Shown: one piece after another, positions 23,766-38,839 of the stretch
Layout: every line of letters starts with the position of its first letter
Position numbering within the stretch: position 1 is the stretch's first letter
Assembly (NCBI GenBank): GCA_002269645.1
Contig: NIVC01001011.1
Span: 62,001 to 126,000 of the forward strand
DNA from: Macrostomum lignano
Lineage: Eukaryota
DNA length: 64,000 nucleotides
Direction: 5' to 3'
Position numbers and translations under genes: made by a program
The notes under the pieces: generated by a model
Databases searched by the model: none
Told to the model about the DNA's origin: nothing
Seen by the model: the letters and a program-made list of their open reading frames with translations, nothing else

Positions 23766-24471
23766 CCAGCGGTTACCTCAGTGTCTCCTTCCCGCCTTCA
23801 TAACGACAGCTGAGATCGTGTTCACCTTTCCAAACAAGACATTGCAGCATCCTTTTGCAGGCGTGCGCATGTACATTTACTGTTTTCATTGCACCTTTTA
23901 AGCGCCCCTCAATATGCCTGGCGCCATGCCGCTGTTTCGTAAACGTAGCGTAGATTTACGAGAGCGAGAACTGCTGACACTTGCCTGCTTGCACGCAGTT
24001 TGCACACACTGCATGCTAAGGTATATATTTACACACAAACGCCCCAACTGCACAACACACTATGCAAATGTACAGCTGAGCACGAATGCAGAGACTATAT
24101 TATACATTTTGTGTATCGTGCGACTGCATTCCAATTGAAATGGGCGGGCGCCAAGCTCAGAGCGCCAACACAATAAAAAATATGGCCTGACTAAAACTGC
24201 TATTTTAGTCGACTTATATTAAGAAGAGCTGACCGCGCGCTTCGGTTCAACTCTAAGATCGAAACCAGCATACCAACTCCCAGTATATAACTGTATCCCA
24301 TTCAGTTTAGTTATACTGAACAGAACAAACCTATAGCAAATTATACTTAAGCATTAAATAGAAGTATACCTACATGCCTACATGCATCCAGTACTATGTG
24401 TGAATGTCAGAAAGAATTTTAACTTCTAAACCAAATTGTTGTAAAGCCTTAGCAACTGATCGCCAAGCAGC

Positions 24472-27397
<2,926 letters not shown>

Positions 27398-27542
27398 TTG
27401 ATTCTTTCATATATGATTCTCTCTCATGGCTTTCTGCTGTACTGTTGTGTCTTCAATATATGCACATGTCTGCCTAATAGCATGGATAGTCATTAATCAA
27501 GGCGAAATGCAGTCGAGCCTCAACCAGCAAGAAGGCAATTAA

Positions 27543-28012
27543 GGGCGCCAGCTACAGAGAGGCGCCAGCTACAGAGGGGGCGCCAGCTACAGAGGGGGCG
27601 CCATGCAGCTACAGAGGGGCGCCAGCTACAGAGGGGGCGCCAGCTACAGAAGGGGCGCCAGCTACAGAAGGGGCGCCAGCTACAGAGGGGGTGCCAGCTA
27701 CAGAGGGGGCGCCAGCTACAGAGGGGGGCGCCAGCTACAGAGGGGCGCCAGCTACAGAGGGGCGCCAGCTACAGATGAGGCGCCAGCTACAGAAGGGGCG
27801 CCAGCTACAGAGGGGGCGCCAGCTACAGAGGGGGCGCCAGCTACAGAGGGGGGCGCCAGCTACAGAGGGGCGCCAGCTACAGAGGGGCGCCAGCTACAGA
27901 TGAGGCGCCAGCTACAGAGGGGGCGCCAGCTACAGAGGGGGTGCCAGCTACAGAGGGGCGCCAGCTACAGAGGGGGCGCCAGCTACAGAGGGGGCGCCAG
28001 CTACAGAGAGGC
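27543..28012 (+). repeat. ~18-21-bp minisatellite
   Basis: Tandem G(4-6)CGCCAGCTACAGA. Confidence 0.95.
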
Positions 28013-28644
28013 GACAGCTGTGACAGCTGCTGGAAGCTGGCTGCAAAGAACCGCCGCCTGTAAGTGAGCGCATACAGATAGTGTAACAATATAATCCCCA
28101 TTAATTTTCATATCTTTCTATGCACGTAATTTCATTTTCCAGGAAAGATTGTCTAGGCTTAAATAAAGATTTTAAAATAATGAGCTTGTCTTCTGCAGTG
28201 TACGGAGGTTCTCTCGTAAATTCTGATACAGCTGTATGGAAATAACATGTCCGAATGTACATCTCATATGTACATTTGCAAGTAAACTATACATTATACA
28301 TTCACAGTACGTCAGTACATAATTTAAATCCTTTTAAATGGAGTTTTGCTCAATATTTTTTCTGATCTACTAAATTAACTTCCATCCATTGTGCAAAAGA
28401 ATTATTGATATTCTCTGGAAAAAATAATGTTATGAATAAAACTACATCAATCAAATTTTGAGCCCCAGTTGTTTGGAGTTGGGAATCGAAGTAAAATGTT
28501 TATTCTATTTTTCATTTTTGTTCAAAATTTAAATCGTTGTTTGTTTTGTACTTTTTATGGTTGATTTTCTTGCAGTTTTACTTCTAGTAGAGTAGTACGA
28601 AAAAAGACGATTAAACCAAAATTTCATTTCCTCCTCTCTGCAGC

Positions 28645-28716
28645 CAGCCAATCAAACGCAAGATCGTTGCTAACGCAGTTGCTAAGACTTTTATCAGCTC
28701 GTGTTTAGTATATAAA
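28645..28716 (+). promoter_or_regulatory. H2A promoter: CCAAT box and TATA box
   Basis: CAGCCAATC at 28645-28653 and TATATAAA at 28709-28716, about 85 nt upstream of the ATG. Confidence 0.7.
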
Positions 28717-28798
28717 GCTGAGAGATCCGTTCGAAAAGCATTATCACGCTCTCAACACTAATTCTCTAAGTTTTACATCTATCTTATCCGAATTCATC

Positions 28799-29179
28799 AT
28801 GTCTGGACGTGGCAAAGGAGGCAAGGCCCGCAGCAAGGCCAAGACTCGCTCGTCTCGCGCTGGTCTGCAGTTCCCGGTCGGCCGTATCCACCGTCTGCTC
28901 CGCAAGGGCAACTACGCCGAGCGCGTGGGTGCTGGCGCCCCAGTGTACCTGGCCGCCGTGCTGGAGTACCTGGCCGCTGAGGTCCTTGAGCTGGCTGGCA
29001 ACGCCGCCCGCGACAACAAGAAGACGCGTATCATCCCGCGTCATCTTCAGCTGGCCATCCGCAACGACGAGGAGCTGAACAAGCTGCTGAGCGGCGTCAC
29101 CATCGCTCAGGGCGGCGTGCTGCCGAACATCCAGGCCGTGCTGCTGCCCAAGAAGACCAAGGTCCCCGGCAAGGCCTAA
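28799..29179 (+). CDS. H2A: Canonical (replication-type) histone H2A, intronless, 126 aa
   Basis: SGRGKGGK...[102 protein letters not shown], followed by a 3' stem-loop. Confidence 0.98.
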   Translation: MSGRGKGGKARSKAKTRSSRAGLQFPVGRIHRLLRKGNYAERVGAGAPVYLAAVLEYLAAEVLELAGNAARDNKKTRIIPRHLQLAIRNDEELNKLLSGVTIAQGGVLPNIQAVLLPKKTKVPGKA

Positions 29180-29287
29180 GCTAAAGCTTAGCACCCGCTC
29201 GGTTCGATCTGCTATTTTAGCAATCGTTTCCCAGACTGCATTTATGACACTTCACTGCATTGTGGGTGTCTTGAATAATTGAACGTT

Positions 29288-29312
29288 AAAACGGCCCTTT
29301 TCAGGGCCACCA
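29288..29312 (+). terminator. Histone mRNA 3' stem-loop (SLBP site)
   Basis: AAAAC GGCCCT TTTC AGGGCC ACCA: a perfect 6-bp stem with 4-nt loop, matching the established metazoan consensus. Confidence 0.95.
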
Positions 29313-29894
29313 AATTTGTTTGATGTTGCAAGTCTTGCCTTGTCATAAATTTACTACGAGTACTAGTAGCAGTTAGTCCAGACTCCAGAGTCCAGGTTAG
29401 GCTTAGTTTATCATGTTAATGTGCTTTTTAGACTGGGCCAGTGCATGGTATGAATGTAAAAATTCTGTTTTGGATCCTCAAACATTTAACGTTAGGCCTA
29501 GCCTAGCCCTAGCCCTAGTCTTGGTTTTTCACCAAGGCGAAATCGCATCCAAAGTCCAATTTGAGAATGCGATTTTAAGTCAGGACTCGGCATGCTTAGC
29601 ATAGCTGCCATACCGCGTACCGCCCATGCCATAGCGATATCAATATAGCATAGCATGCCTATCTACATCTACATCCCACTTAAAGTAAACCTAGCTAGGT
29701 TTCTCCCGAGTCCCTAAAACTGAGTTAATGCTGTATTCTGTGTGTTCTGTATAGCTTGAGATTATCAGCACAGCACCCTTAAAGCCTCTCCTTTTGATTC
29801 CCTGTGCTACCCTACCCTATTAGCAATGGCATCTGAGAAAAACGATCCACCAAAACGCCAAGGCACGAGACGATTTCCTAAACTTTTCTAATTC

Positions 29895-31370
29895 AAAACG
29901 GCCCTTTTTAGGCCACTGTTCACTGATTGTCCGGTTAATGGCACTACAAAAAAATTTTCGTGCTTACTTAAGCAGTCAAGTTATCATACAGAAGTTACAG
30001 ATAGTATTAGAAGAGAATATTGTTAGCTGATGTTTAGGTGTAATAATCAATTAAAAAAGCCAGTCTATTTTGTACCTACTGGTGAATTAAAGTGCATATA
30101 TTTTGAAGCTAAAATCACTCCGGCACAAGAAGCTGATTTGATCTTCGTGTTGACCTACAACAAAACCCTACTTAATTAGGAATTTACTAAATATCTGATA
30201 GATATGTAATAATATGTAGCAACTCCCGACCCTCACCCGTAAAAAACTGAAGCCATTAGGCCGTAGAGCCATAAATTCTCTACAGGAAATTCTCTCTCAT
30301 CTTGGCTTGTCAGGCTTGCCCAGGGTTGCTGTAGTTTGTTCTCTCATCGAAATATGTCTTGACGTCAGTAAGGACAAGGAGGGTGGGCCCCTGATTCGCC
30401 CGCCCAGCTTTTCCCGCCGAAATTTGTCCGCAGTGTAATTTTCCCGCGAGCGAATTGCCCGCGCCCCGCAATGTTTTTTTCCTGCAGGCATTTTGTCTGC
30501 ATTGCCCCCCCACCCCAATGCTTAGTACAGCGTAAGTCTTAATAAAGAGATTGGGAAGGGGACAAAGCGACACGGCATATGCATGAATTAATAGCTCACT
30601 GATTTACCCATGCATGTACTCGGATATATGCAGGTAGAACTGAATTATGACATGACTCTCAATGACTTCAAGAAAAATATACATTTGATATGCAGTTACT
30701 AACAAAGCTTTTGATCAGGTAAATCTCTTTATTAAGATTTACTAAAATTTAGGGGGGGGGGGGGCAATGCAGACGAAATCTGCCGAGTGGATAAATGCGC
30801 TGCAGGAAAAACCTCGGCAGGCAGTTGTAGGACAGAAACATTTAAAATATAGGTTGGACGCATTTCATTTTCCTACCGATTCTGGTTCTGGAACCAATCT
30901 TCGTGAAAAGCCTCACCATCTAAAAAAATCTGTTATGGCACCGGTTTAAAATTATAGACTGTTGTTTTGAAACATGTTTTTAAAACGGCCCTTTAAGGGG
31001 CTGCTTTTTTCTGCGTGACGGTTAAAATTGATAATACTGCTTGTAAAATCATTCCCCCCCCCCAAGTCTTGGCTATCTCGATGGATTTTCATTGGGCGTA
31101 ATCTGTAGTAAGGAATCTGGATTCAAAATACGTCAGCAGCAGTGCCGCATTGGCTTTTTGAAATTGTACGTATATCCACACTATTTTTAAATATAATTCT
31201 AATGTTGTGCACTTTTATTTTATTTATTATTTATGTTATGCATTTTGAAATCACTGAGCAATAGCTACATGTATCTGTATGGTATAAAAGTTTCGAATGA
31301 TTAAGTTTTTAAAGATGTGCGAATCCCCAAAACCTATTATAGGCATAAAACGGCCCTTTTTAGGGCTACT
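29895..31370 (+). other. Three additional degenerate histone stem-loops downstream of H2A
   Basis: AAAAC GGCCCTTTTTAGGCC AC (29900-29914); AAAAC GGCCCTTTAAGGGGC (30987-31001); AAAAC GGCCCT TTTT AGGGCT AC (31352-31367). Confidence 0.75.
30394..30822. mobile_element. Degenerate relative of the foldback element at 35988-36695
   Basis: 30394-30552 matches the reverse complement of the right half of that element (CCCGCAATG...CCTGCAG...ATTTTGTCTGCATTGCC...AATAAAGAGATT). 30675-30822 matches its centre and right arm in forward orientation. Confidence 0.7.
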
Positions 31371-33328
31371 TGAAACAACGGTTTTAGAGGGCTTGTTGGC
31401 CAAAAAGCTGCTAAAGAAGAATATTGAAAAAAGTAGAGATTTGTCCCTCGTCTTCTAATGCCAAATGATGCCGATTTATCGAGACTAGAGTGCAAAAAAG
31501 TAAAAAAGCAAATATTTTCATACGTGTAGTTTTGTAAACTATAGTTTTATTAACAAAGTTTCTTCATCAATGACAATCGATGTCCTGCGAAACGCAAGAT
31601 CTATACCGCCTGCAGTTAAAATTTTGAATGCTTCTTATCTCATTTATCTGTAACAACAATAACTGTGTATAATTTGTTTGCTATTTGTTTGTAGGAATCC
31701 TTCTAAATAAAATGGAAACAAAATTTTACATTTACAATCTTGTCTACTGGCAGTGGCAGAACAAGAATATTGCAATAAAAACTGTAGGGCCAACATACAG
31801 CTCTCAATAGCCAGATTGGGTAGGCGGCAAAGCATCGACAAGAGGCCGATTGCAAGCCAGCTGGCCCGAGAGACTATATTATTACATTGGCCGGATTGCT
31901 GTAGCGAAAACACTCAATTCTGTATGCCGGCATATAAAACAAGAAATTCGAGGCAGAGTTACCAATATCGAATTCAGCCAGACTCCTATCGCAGATTAAG
32001 GCTTAGCAAGCAATATTAGCCAGCTAGCAAGCTGGCACTGCAACATTCATCTGGCTGAGATTCCCCGGGCTAGCACCCAAGGAGTCGAGTTGGCAAAGCT
32101 TCAATTTATTTAACGCGCAGGTGCAAGCTCGCCATTGAAACCACCTGCTTCTAACTGGAGGGTTAGGGTTAAAGAATGACCAGCTAATCGATAGATAATA
32201 AACAATTAACTGGCCATTACAGTCGACTCACTGACAGGGCCGCTAGCCGGGCTACAATTAGGCGCAAACTCTGCCGCGGACACTCACTGCATGAACTGAC
32301 AGTGAGGCTCTCGTTTCTGCCGCTGGTTTCGTGTTTTCGCAGTTAATTTTTTTTTCAACCATACAGCCTACCAGACTTTTTATTGGGCTGGAGGGTAGTG
32401 GGGGTGAGTAGAAAGATAAGAGCTTAGCGCTTGTACATGCGCCGACTGTGGGGGGGGGCGAGAGTGAACCGTATAAACCAACTTAATCGATTAAATTGAC
32501 TGCAAGTAAAATTCACTGCTGCCTTCTTAGCCAATCAGGGAAAGAAGCACTTTTGAAGCCGTCTTATCAAAATTAAACTTAAATAATAAAAAAGATTATC
32601 ATCAACTTTCTGACTTTTTTACTGCAAGTAGCGTATGCCAAAAAGGAAATACCAACGAGTTCGTATGAAAAATAACATTTTTTGGATATATTTATCCAAT
32701 ACATTGCATATTGCAATTATTAAGATGCGCCCAAGGCCCAACACTTGCTTGGGCACATTCGCATGCTTGGGAAATTTATTTATTTCGTCGTTAAACATTA
32801 AGGATTAAATGCACGTGTCGTAAACACATTAATATACTTAACACCTGGAAATTCATTAGGAAAATAAACATAAAACAGAGTCATACTGACAAAAATATAA
32901 ATGAGAGAGTTGCATTTAATAAAACAATGAAAACTTAAAACAGTGACAAGTTAGTGAAAATGCGAGCAAAATAAATAGTTTAAAAGCTAGTTTAATTTTG
33001 TTCTGTTTACTCATTATAACAAAAATAAGTAGTATAGAAGAGTAGCTTCAATTAAAAAGACAGGCATTATTGTCAGACCGTAATAGAAAACAGACAAGCA
33101 CCGATTATCAAATCAAAAGAGCATTGCATTAACGCACCTTGCTACTACGCTCGTATAAGTAGGCGCAAAAATGAAAGCGTATGACTAAAGCTGTAGAATA
33201 AGGTAATTTAACCCCGAAATTTGACACGTCGAACAAGTTGAATAGCACAAAAATCGACATAAAAATACGGTGGATATTTTTTATATACAAAAACAGACTG
33301 AATTACACACCAGACCATAAGCTCACAA

Positions 33329-36300
33329 TTAGCAGCGTTTCACATCCGCGCACAGCTGCAGCACGCTGTGCCGCAGGCCGTCTTCCAGACTGTCGGCGAA
33401 TATCTGGCACAGCCGGTCGCAGGTGTCGGCCACCATAGCGGCAGTAGATTCGGGACCGTCAGAAGCGGCAGCGGCAGCAGCGGATGCGGCCTTCATCTGG
33501 CTGGCAGCTGACTGCAGCTCATCGCGCAGGCTGCTCAGCTTGGTGTCGCGCAGGCTCATCAGGAATTCACAGTTCTCGGCCCGGTACTTGCACTCGTAGT
33601 ACCTGGGTTGGAGTGGACATATTTAATAGATGCTGGCTTTTTATGTGAGGCCTGTAGTGACATGCTCACTTATTGGCAGAGATGACAGCTGAAATGACAT
33701 ATAGACACACAGACAGACAGACACTAACTTGGCACACACAGACACTCATTTGGCAACCACAGACACCCACTTGGCAGACACACAGACACTCATTTGGCAG
33801 CCACACACAGACACTCACTTGGCAGACACACACAGACACTCTTTTGGTAGACACACACAGACACTCTTTTGGTAGACACACACAGACACTCACTTGGCAG
33901 ACACACACACAGACACTCTTTTGGTAGACACACACAGACACTCACTTGGCAGACACACACAGACACTCTTTTGGTAGACACACACAGACACTCTTTTGGT
34001 AGACACACACAGACACTCACTTGGCAGACACACACACAGACACTCTTTTGGTAGACACACACAGACACTCACTTGGCAGACACACACAGACACTCTTTTG
34101 GTAGACACACACAGACACTCACTTGGCAGACACACACAGACACTCTTTTGGTAGACACACACAGACACTCACTTGGCAGACACACACAGACACTCATTGG
34201 TAACCACAGACACCCACTTGGCAGACACACACAGACACTCATTGGTAACCAGAGACACCCACTTGGCAGACACACACAGACGCTCACTTGGCAGACACAC
34301 ACAGACACTCACTTGGTAGACACACACAGACACACACTTGGCAGACATACACAGACACTTGGCAGACACATACAAAGACACTTGGCAGACACATACAAAG
34401 ACACTTAGCAGACACAGACACACTTGGCAGACACACACAGAGACACTTGGCAGACACACACAGAGACACTTGGCAGACACACACAGACAGTCACTTGGCA
34501 GACACACACAGACGCTCACTTGGCAGACACACACACACACTTGGCAGACACACACAGACACTCACTTGGCAGACACACACACACTTGGCAGACACACACA
34601 GACACTTGGCAGACACACACAGACACTTGGCAGACACACACAGACACTTGGCAGACACACACAGACACTTGGCAGACACACACAGACACTTGGCAGACAC
34701 ACACAGACACTTGGCAGACACACACAGACACTCACTTGGCAGACACACACACACACTTGGCAGACACACACACACTTGGCAGACACAGACACACTTGGCA
34801 GACACACACAGACTTGGCAGACACACACACACTTGGCAGACACACACACACTTGGCAGACACAGACACTCACTTGGCAGCCAGGTCCTTGCACTGCGCCT
34901 CCCGCTGGGTGCACTCGGCCTCCAGCTCTCGCAGCCGGTCCTCAAAGGCGGCCCGCTCGGCCTTGGCCGCGGCCTGTGCCGAGTTCCGCTGCTCGGCTAC
35001 CTCCAGGCGGTCGAACTCGCTCTGCTCGAATCGCTCGCTGAGCTGGGCGAGCTCGTAGTTCAGGTACTCGATCTTGGAAGCACAGATGGTTGCAGTTAGG
35101 ATTTAGTTAGTTAGCTGGCATGTCAGGTAAAACTTGCAGATTGGATTAAAATACAGCCAAATAAGCATTTATCGAGAGCTGCCTTAATTCTAATTTGTTT
35201 AACGTCCGGAAATAATACATTTCCTAGTATATGCATCACTTTAAGATTGCTTTAGGATCCTAAATCGACATTCTTTGATCCCAATATTTAAAAATCGAAA
35301 TCCTATTTCCAACAATCCCAGATTCTCAGAACCCCGAATCCCGCTCCCAAAAATCCAAAAATCCAAAATCCCGCTCCCAGCAATCGCAGAATCCCGAATC
35401 CCGCTCCCAAAAATTCCAGAATCCCCAAATCCCGCTCTCAGCAATCCCAGAATCCAAAATCCCGCTTTCAGCAATCCCAGAATCCAAAATCCCGCTCTCA
35501 GCAATCCCAGAATCCAAAATCCCGCTTTCAGCAATCCCAGAATCCAAAATCCCGCTTTCAGCAATCCCAGAATCCCCAAATTTTCGCTCCAAAAATCTTA
35601 GAATCCCAAATCCCGCTCCCAAAAATCCCAGAATGCCAAATCCCGCTCCCAGCAATCGCAGAATCTCAAATCCCGCTCCCAAAAATCCCAGAATGCCAAA
35701 TCCCGCTCCCAGCAATCGCAGAATCCTAAATCCCGCTCCCAAAAATCCCAGAATGCCAAATCCCGCTCCCAGCAATCGCAGAATCCCAAATCCCGCTCCC
35801 AAAAATCCCAGAATGCCAAATCCCGCTCCCAGCAATCGCAGAATCCCAAATCCCGCTCCCAAAAATCCCAGAATGCCAAATCCCGCTCCCAGCAATCGCA
35901 GAATCCCAAATCCCGCTCCCAAAAATTCCAGAATCCCAAATCCCGCTCCCAAAATCCCAAAATCCCAAATCCCGCTCCCAAAATCTCGGGAGCACGAGAA
36001 ATGCCCGCAGATGAATTGCCCGCCGAGATTTGCCCGCAGGAGATTTGCCCGTGGAGATTTGCCCGCCGAGCTTTTCCCGCGGAGATTTGCCCGCAGTGCA
36101 TTTTGCCCGTGAGCGAATTGCCCGTGGAGATTTGCCCGGCGAGAATTGCCCGCCGAGATTTGCCCGCAGTGCAATTTTCCCGCGAGTGAATTGCCCGCGA
36201 GCGAATTGCCCGCCGAGTTTTTTCCCGCCGAGGTTTGCCTGCAATGCTTTTTTGCAGCGCATTTGGCAGCTAGATTCTGTCTACATTGCTCCCCCCAAAA

Positions 36301-38774
36301 TATGCATTTGATATGCAGTTACTATCAAAACGTTTTGATCGTGTAAATCTCTTTATTGAGATTAACACGTACAAAGCATTGGGAAGGCAATGCAGACAAA
36401 ATCTGACGCGTGGCTAAATGCGCTGCAGGAAAAAAGCATTGCGGGCAAACCTCGGCGGGAAAAAACTCGGCGGGCAATTCGCTCGCGGGCAATTCACTCG
36501 CGGGAAAATTGCACTGCGGGCAAATCTCAGCGGGCAATTCTCGGCGGGCAAATCTCCACGGGCAATTCGCTCACGGGCAAAATGCACCGCGGGCAAATCT
36601 CCGCGGGAAAAGCTCGGCGGGCAAATCTCCACGGGCAAATCTCCTGCGGGCAAATCTCGGCGGGCAATACGTCTGCGGGCAATTCTCATGGACCCCAAAA
36701 TCTCAGAATGCCAAATCCCACTCCTAGCAATCCCAGAATCTCAAATCCCGCTCCCAACAATCCCAGAATCCCAAATCCCCAGTAACAAACTTAGCTAGCC
36801 AAAAGCCAAGTCCATAGAAAGCGTGCCCTACCTGCAAAGCGTACTGCTCGCGTTCATCAGCCATAGTCTGTTGGACATCAACCCAGGCCAGGTCAGTCTG
36901 GCACTCAACCGAAGCAGTGGGAACCACAGATCGGACTCGAACATCCTCCGCCTGCTGCTGCTGTTGAAGTCTATCAACGGTGGCAGCCACGACAGCAGTC
37001 AGACGCTGTCGCTCGTCATTTAGCCGTTCAGCCTCCGCAGCCAGACAGTCTAGCAGAGGCCCAATAGCCGAGGCTTGCTTATCTAAATTGTCGATAGCTT
37101 TAACAATAGCAGCCGTTGTGTTAGCTGTAGAGTTGTTAACAGAACTATTGGCATTTCCTGTGCCGCTGTTAGCCCTACAAGCCGCTTTCACTAGGGCATT
37201 GACGTTGGCGCTAGTGGCCGAGCGAGACAGATGCGTTTGAATTGAGCTGGCTAATTCGGTTAGCAGAGTCGGGTAGCTGGCGCTGCGGCGTCTGTTGGCA
37301 CTGTCGCTACTTTGGGTCTGAGCTGGAGCTTGCGGCTGCTGCTGCTGTTGCGGCTCCGACGAGGTGTCGCAGCTAAGCGACGCATCTGGCTGCCGCGTGA
37401 CCTTTTTAGACGACTTTAAAATGGTTAATAAATACTTGTTACGTAAAAATTATATACATAATACTAGCAAATCATATGGCTAACTGATCTAAAATTATTA
37501 ACATCCCATTCATGTAAACTCTGTGGGTCTTAAGGGAGTAAGTAGGAAGGATCGACCAATAAGTAGTTTTGTGGTACTTAAAAGGGCCGTTTTAACAGGT
37601 TGTCGATCTGCAATCCTAGAAGATGGATGTGAGGGGTAGTGAAGAGCATAGTGAATTTTGCCTGTAGCAAACTAACCCTCGAATATCTTGATTACGTCAC
37701 CCCAAAAAGGGCCGTTTCAACCGGTACTGGTACTGGGTCTGGCACCAAGAAGAACGAAGGGTGCCACAAAGGGTAATACAAGAATGAGAGAGGTTAGATT
37801 AGCGGTAGGGGAGAAAAATGGCTGACATTAGGTAAATATTTTCATAGCAAACTAACCCGAAATGACATCAAAAAGTGTGGTCCTCAAAAGGGCCGTTTTT
37901 ACAGGTTGTCGGTTTGCAATCCCGGAGGATGGATGCGAGGGGCAGTGAGGAGCTTGGTGGATTTCGCCTATAGAAAACTAACCCTCCAATATTCTGATGA
38001 TGATGCTGGCCAAAAAGGACCGTTTCAACCGGTACTGGGTCTGGCACCAAGAACGAACGGTGTCACAAGGGTAATACATTAACGAGGGAGACCAGATTAG
38101 TGGGAAAAGGGAGAAGTGGTGACATTGGGTTAATATTTTCATAGCAAAATTACCCGAAATAAACTGCAATAGGGTGTAGCTGTAGCCCTCAAAAGGGCCG
38201 TTTTAACGTGTAAATTTAGTTCAAAAGTCAGATAATAGGTAATAGGTAAGGTAATTTCAAAATGCTGATAATAGTGGTAAGAAATGCGTCTACTGCAAAC
38301 CTTTTTCTTAGCCACAGACATTGCAGGAAACATATCGCCGTTGCAATTGCTACCATTATCGCAGCTACGTTGCATTAACGGTTGCCTCTGACGCGTCCCG
38401 TTGGCAATAGCAACAGCAGTAGAGCCAACAGCTGAGTTTTCATAATTTTGCACTTTTTTATCCAATAAAAAGTCGCGAAATCTAGCCAAATGCGGAGCTG
38501 TCGAGCCTTGCAATATTTGCAGCAGATCGGACACTGTAGCATCGTTATATACTGCAGGATTGCTGGAATTTGAGCTCAACTGCGGAGCTGGCAGGAATTG
38601 AGCGCTTGGACTTGCCGGCTGCGGTGGCTGCTGCTGCCGACGGCCCCGGCCAGCGGTTCTGGAACGGGCGCAGCTGGCCGCCAAACTGCCAGCTATGGCG
38701 AGGCCGCGGCGAACAGGCGGAGTGCCGTTACGCTCGGAGCGGCCAGACGGCGAGGGCGACGGGGATGATGACAG
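33329..38774 (-). CDS. Coiled-coil protein, 5'-incomplete (at least 509 aa). Exons 38774-38301, 37413-36832, 35072-34873, 33602-33329
   Basis: All junctions are phase-compatible: CCGCAG|CTG; AAG|GTTTGC..TTTAAAG|TCG; CAG|GTAGGG..CCAAG|ATC; AA|GTGAGT..CCAG|G. It has a disordered S/P/Q-rich N-part, a TASVECQTD LC8-type motif and heptad-rich IEYLNYELAQLSERFEQSEFDRLEVAEQRN...FEDRLRELEAECTQREAQCKDLAAKYYECKYRAEN. Confidence 0.7.
33690..34878 (-). repeat. ~20-27-bp minisatellite beginning exactly at the exon 3 donor
   Basis: Minus-strand units TGCCAA GTGAGT GTCTGTGTGTGTCT and variants. The first unit overlaps the exon end GCTGCCAA|GTGAGT at 34873/34872. Confidence 0.9.
35320..35987 (+). repeat. ~30-bp minisatellite (60-bp dimer), resuming at 36696-36780
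   Basis: Alternating CAGAAT(C/G)CCAAATCCCGCTCCCAAAAATCC and ...CCCAGCAATCG units. Confidence 0.9.
35988..36695. mobile_element. Non-autonomous Mutator/foldback-like DNA transposon (708 bp)
   Basis: About 300-bp inverted arms built from ~14-bp subrepeats (ATTTGCCCGCCGAG). Termini GGGAGCACGAGAAATGCCCGCAGA and, reverse-complemented, GGGTCCATGAGAATTGCCCGCAGA. Exact 9-bp direct repeat CAAAATCTC at 35979-35987 and 36696-36704. Confidence 0.8.
37570..38204 (-). other. Array of five histone-type stem-loops within a ~305-bp tandem duplication
   Basis: Minus strand: GGCCCT TTTG AGGGCT (38199-38184), GGTCCTTTTTGGCC (38021-38008), GGCCCT TTTG AGGACC (37894-37879), GGCCCT TTTT GGGGTG (37713-37698), GGCCCT TTTA AGTACC (37588-37573). 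Each is preceded by (A/G)AAAC. Confidence 0.8.
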
Positions 38775-38839
38775 CTGCGGAGTTGGGTGGAAGGGTTGGG
38801 GGGATTGTCTGATATTTATGTTATTTTGTCTGTAACTAC

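Noticed and set aside
28784-29194. 136-aa minus-strand ORF
   Set aside because: Antisense shadow of the strongly codon-biased H2A gene.
33666-36798. Many overlapping 60-280 aa ORFs
   Set aside because: They derive from minisatellites and the foldback element. Only the segments forming exons of the coiled-coil gene were kept.
37600-38160. U7 or other snRNA genes, suggested by Sm-like AATTTTG/AGTTTG motifs near the stem-loops
   Set aside because: No consistent 3' hairpin or HDE-complementary 5' end could be identified by eye.
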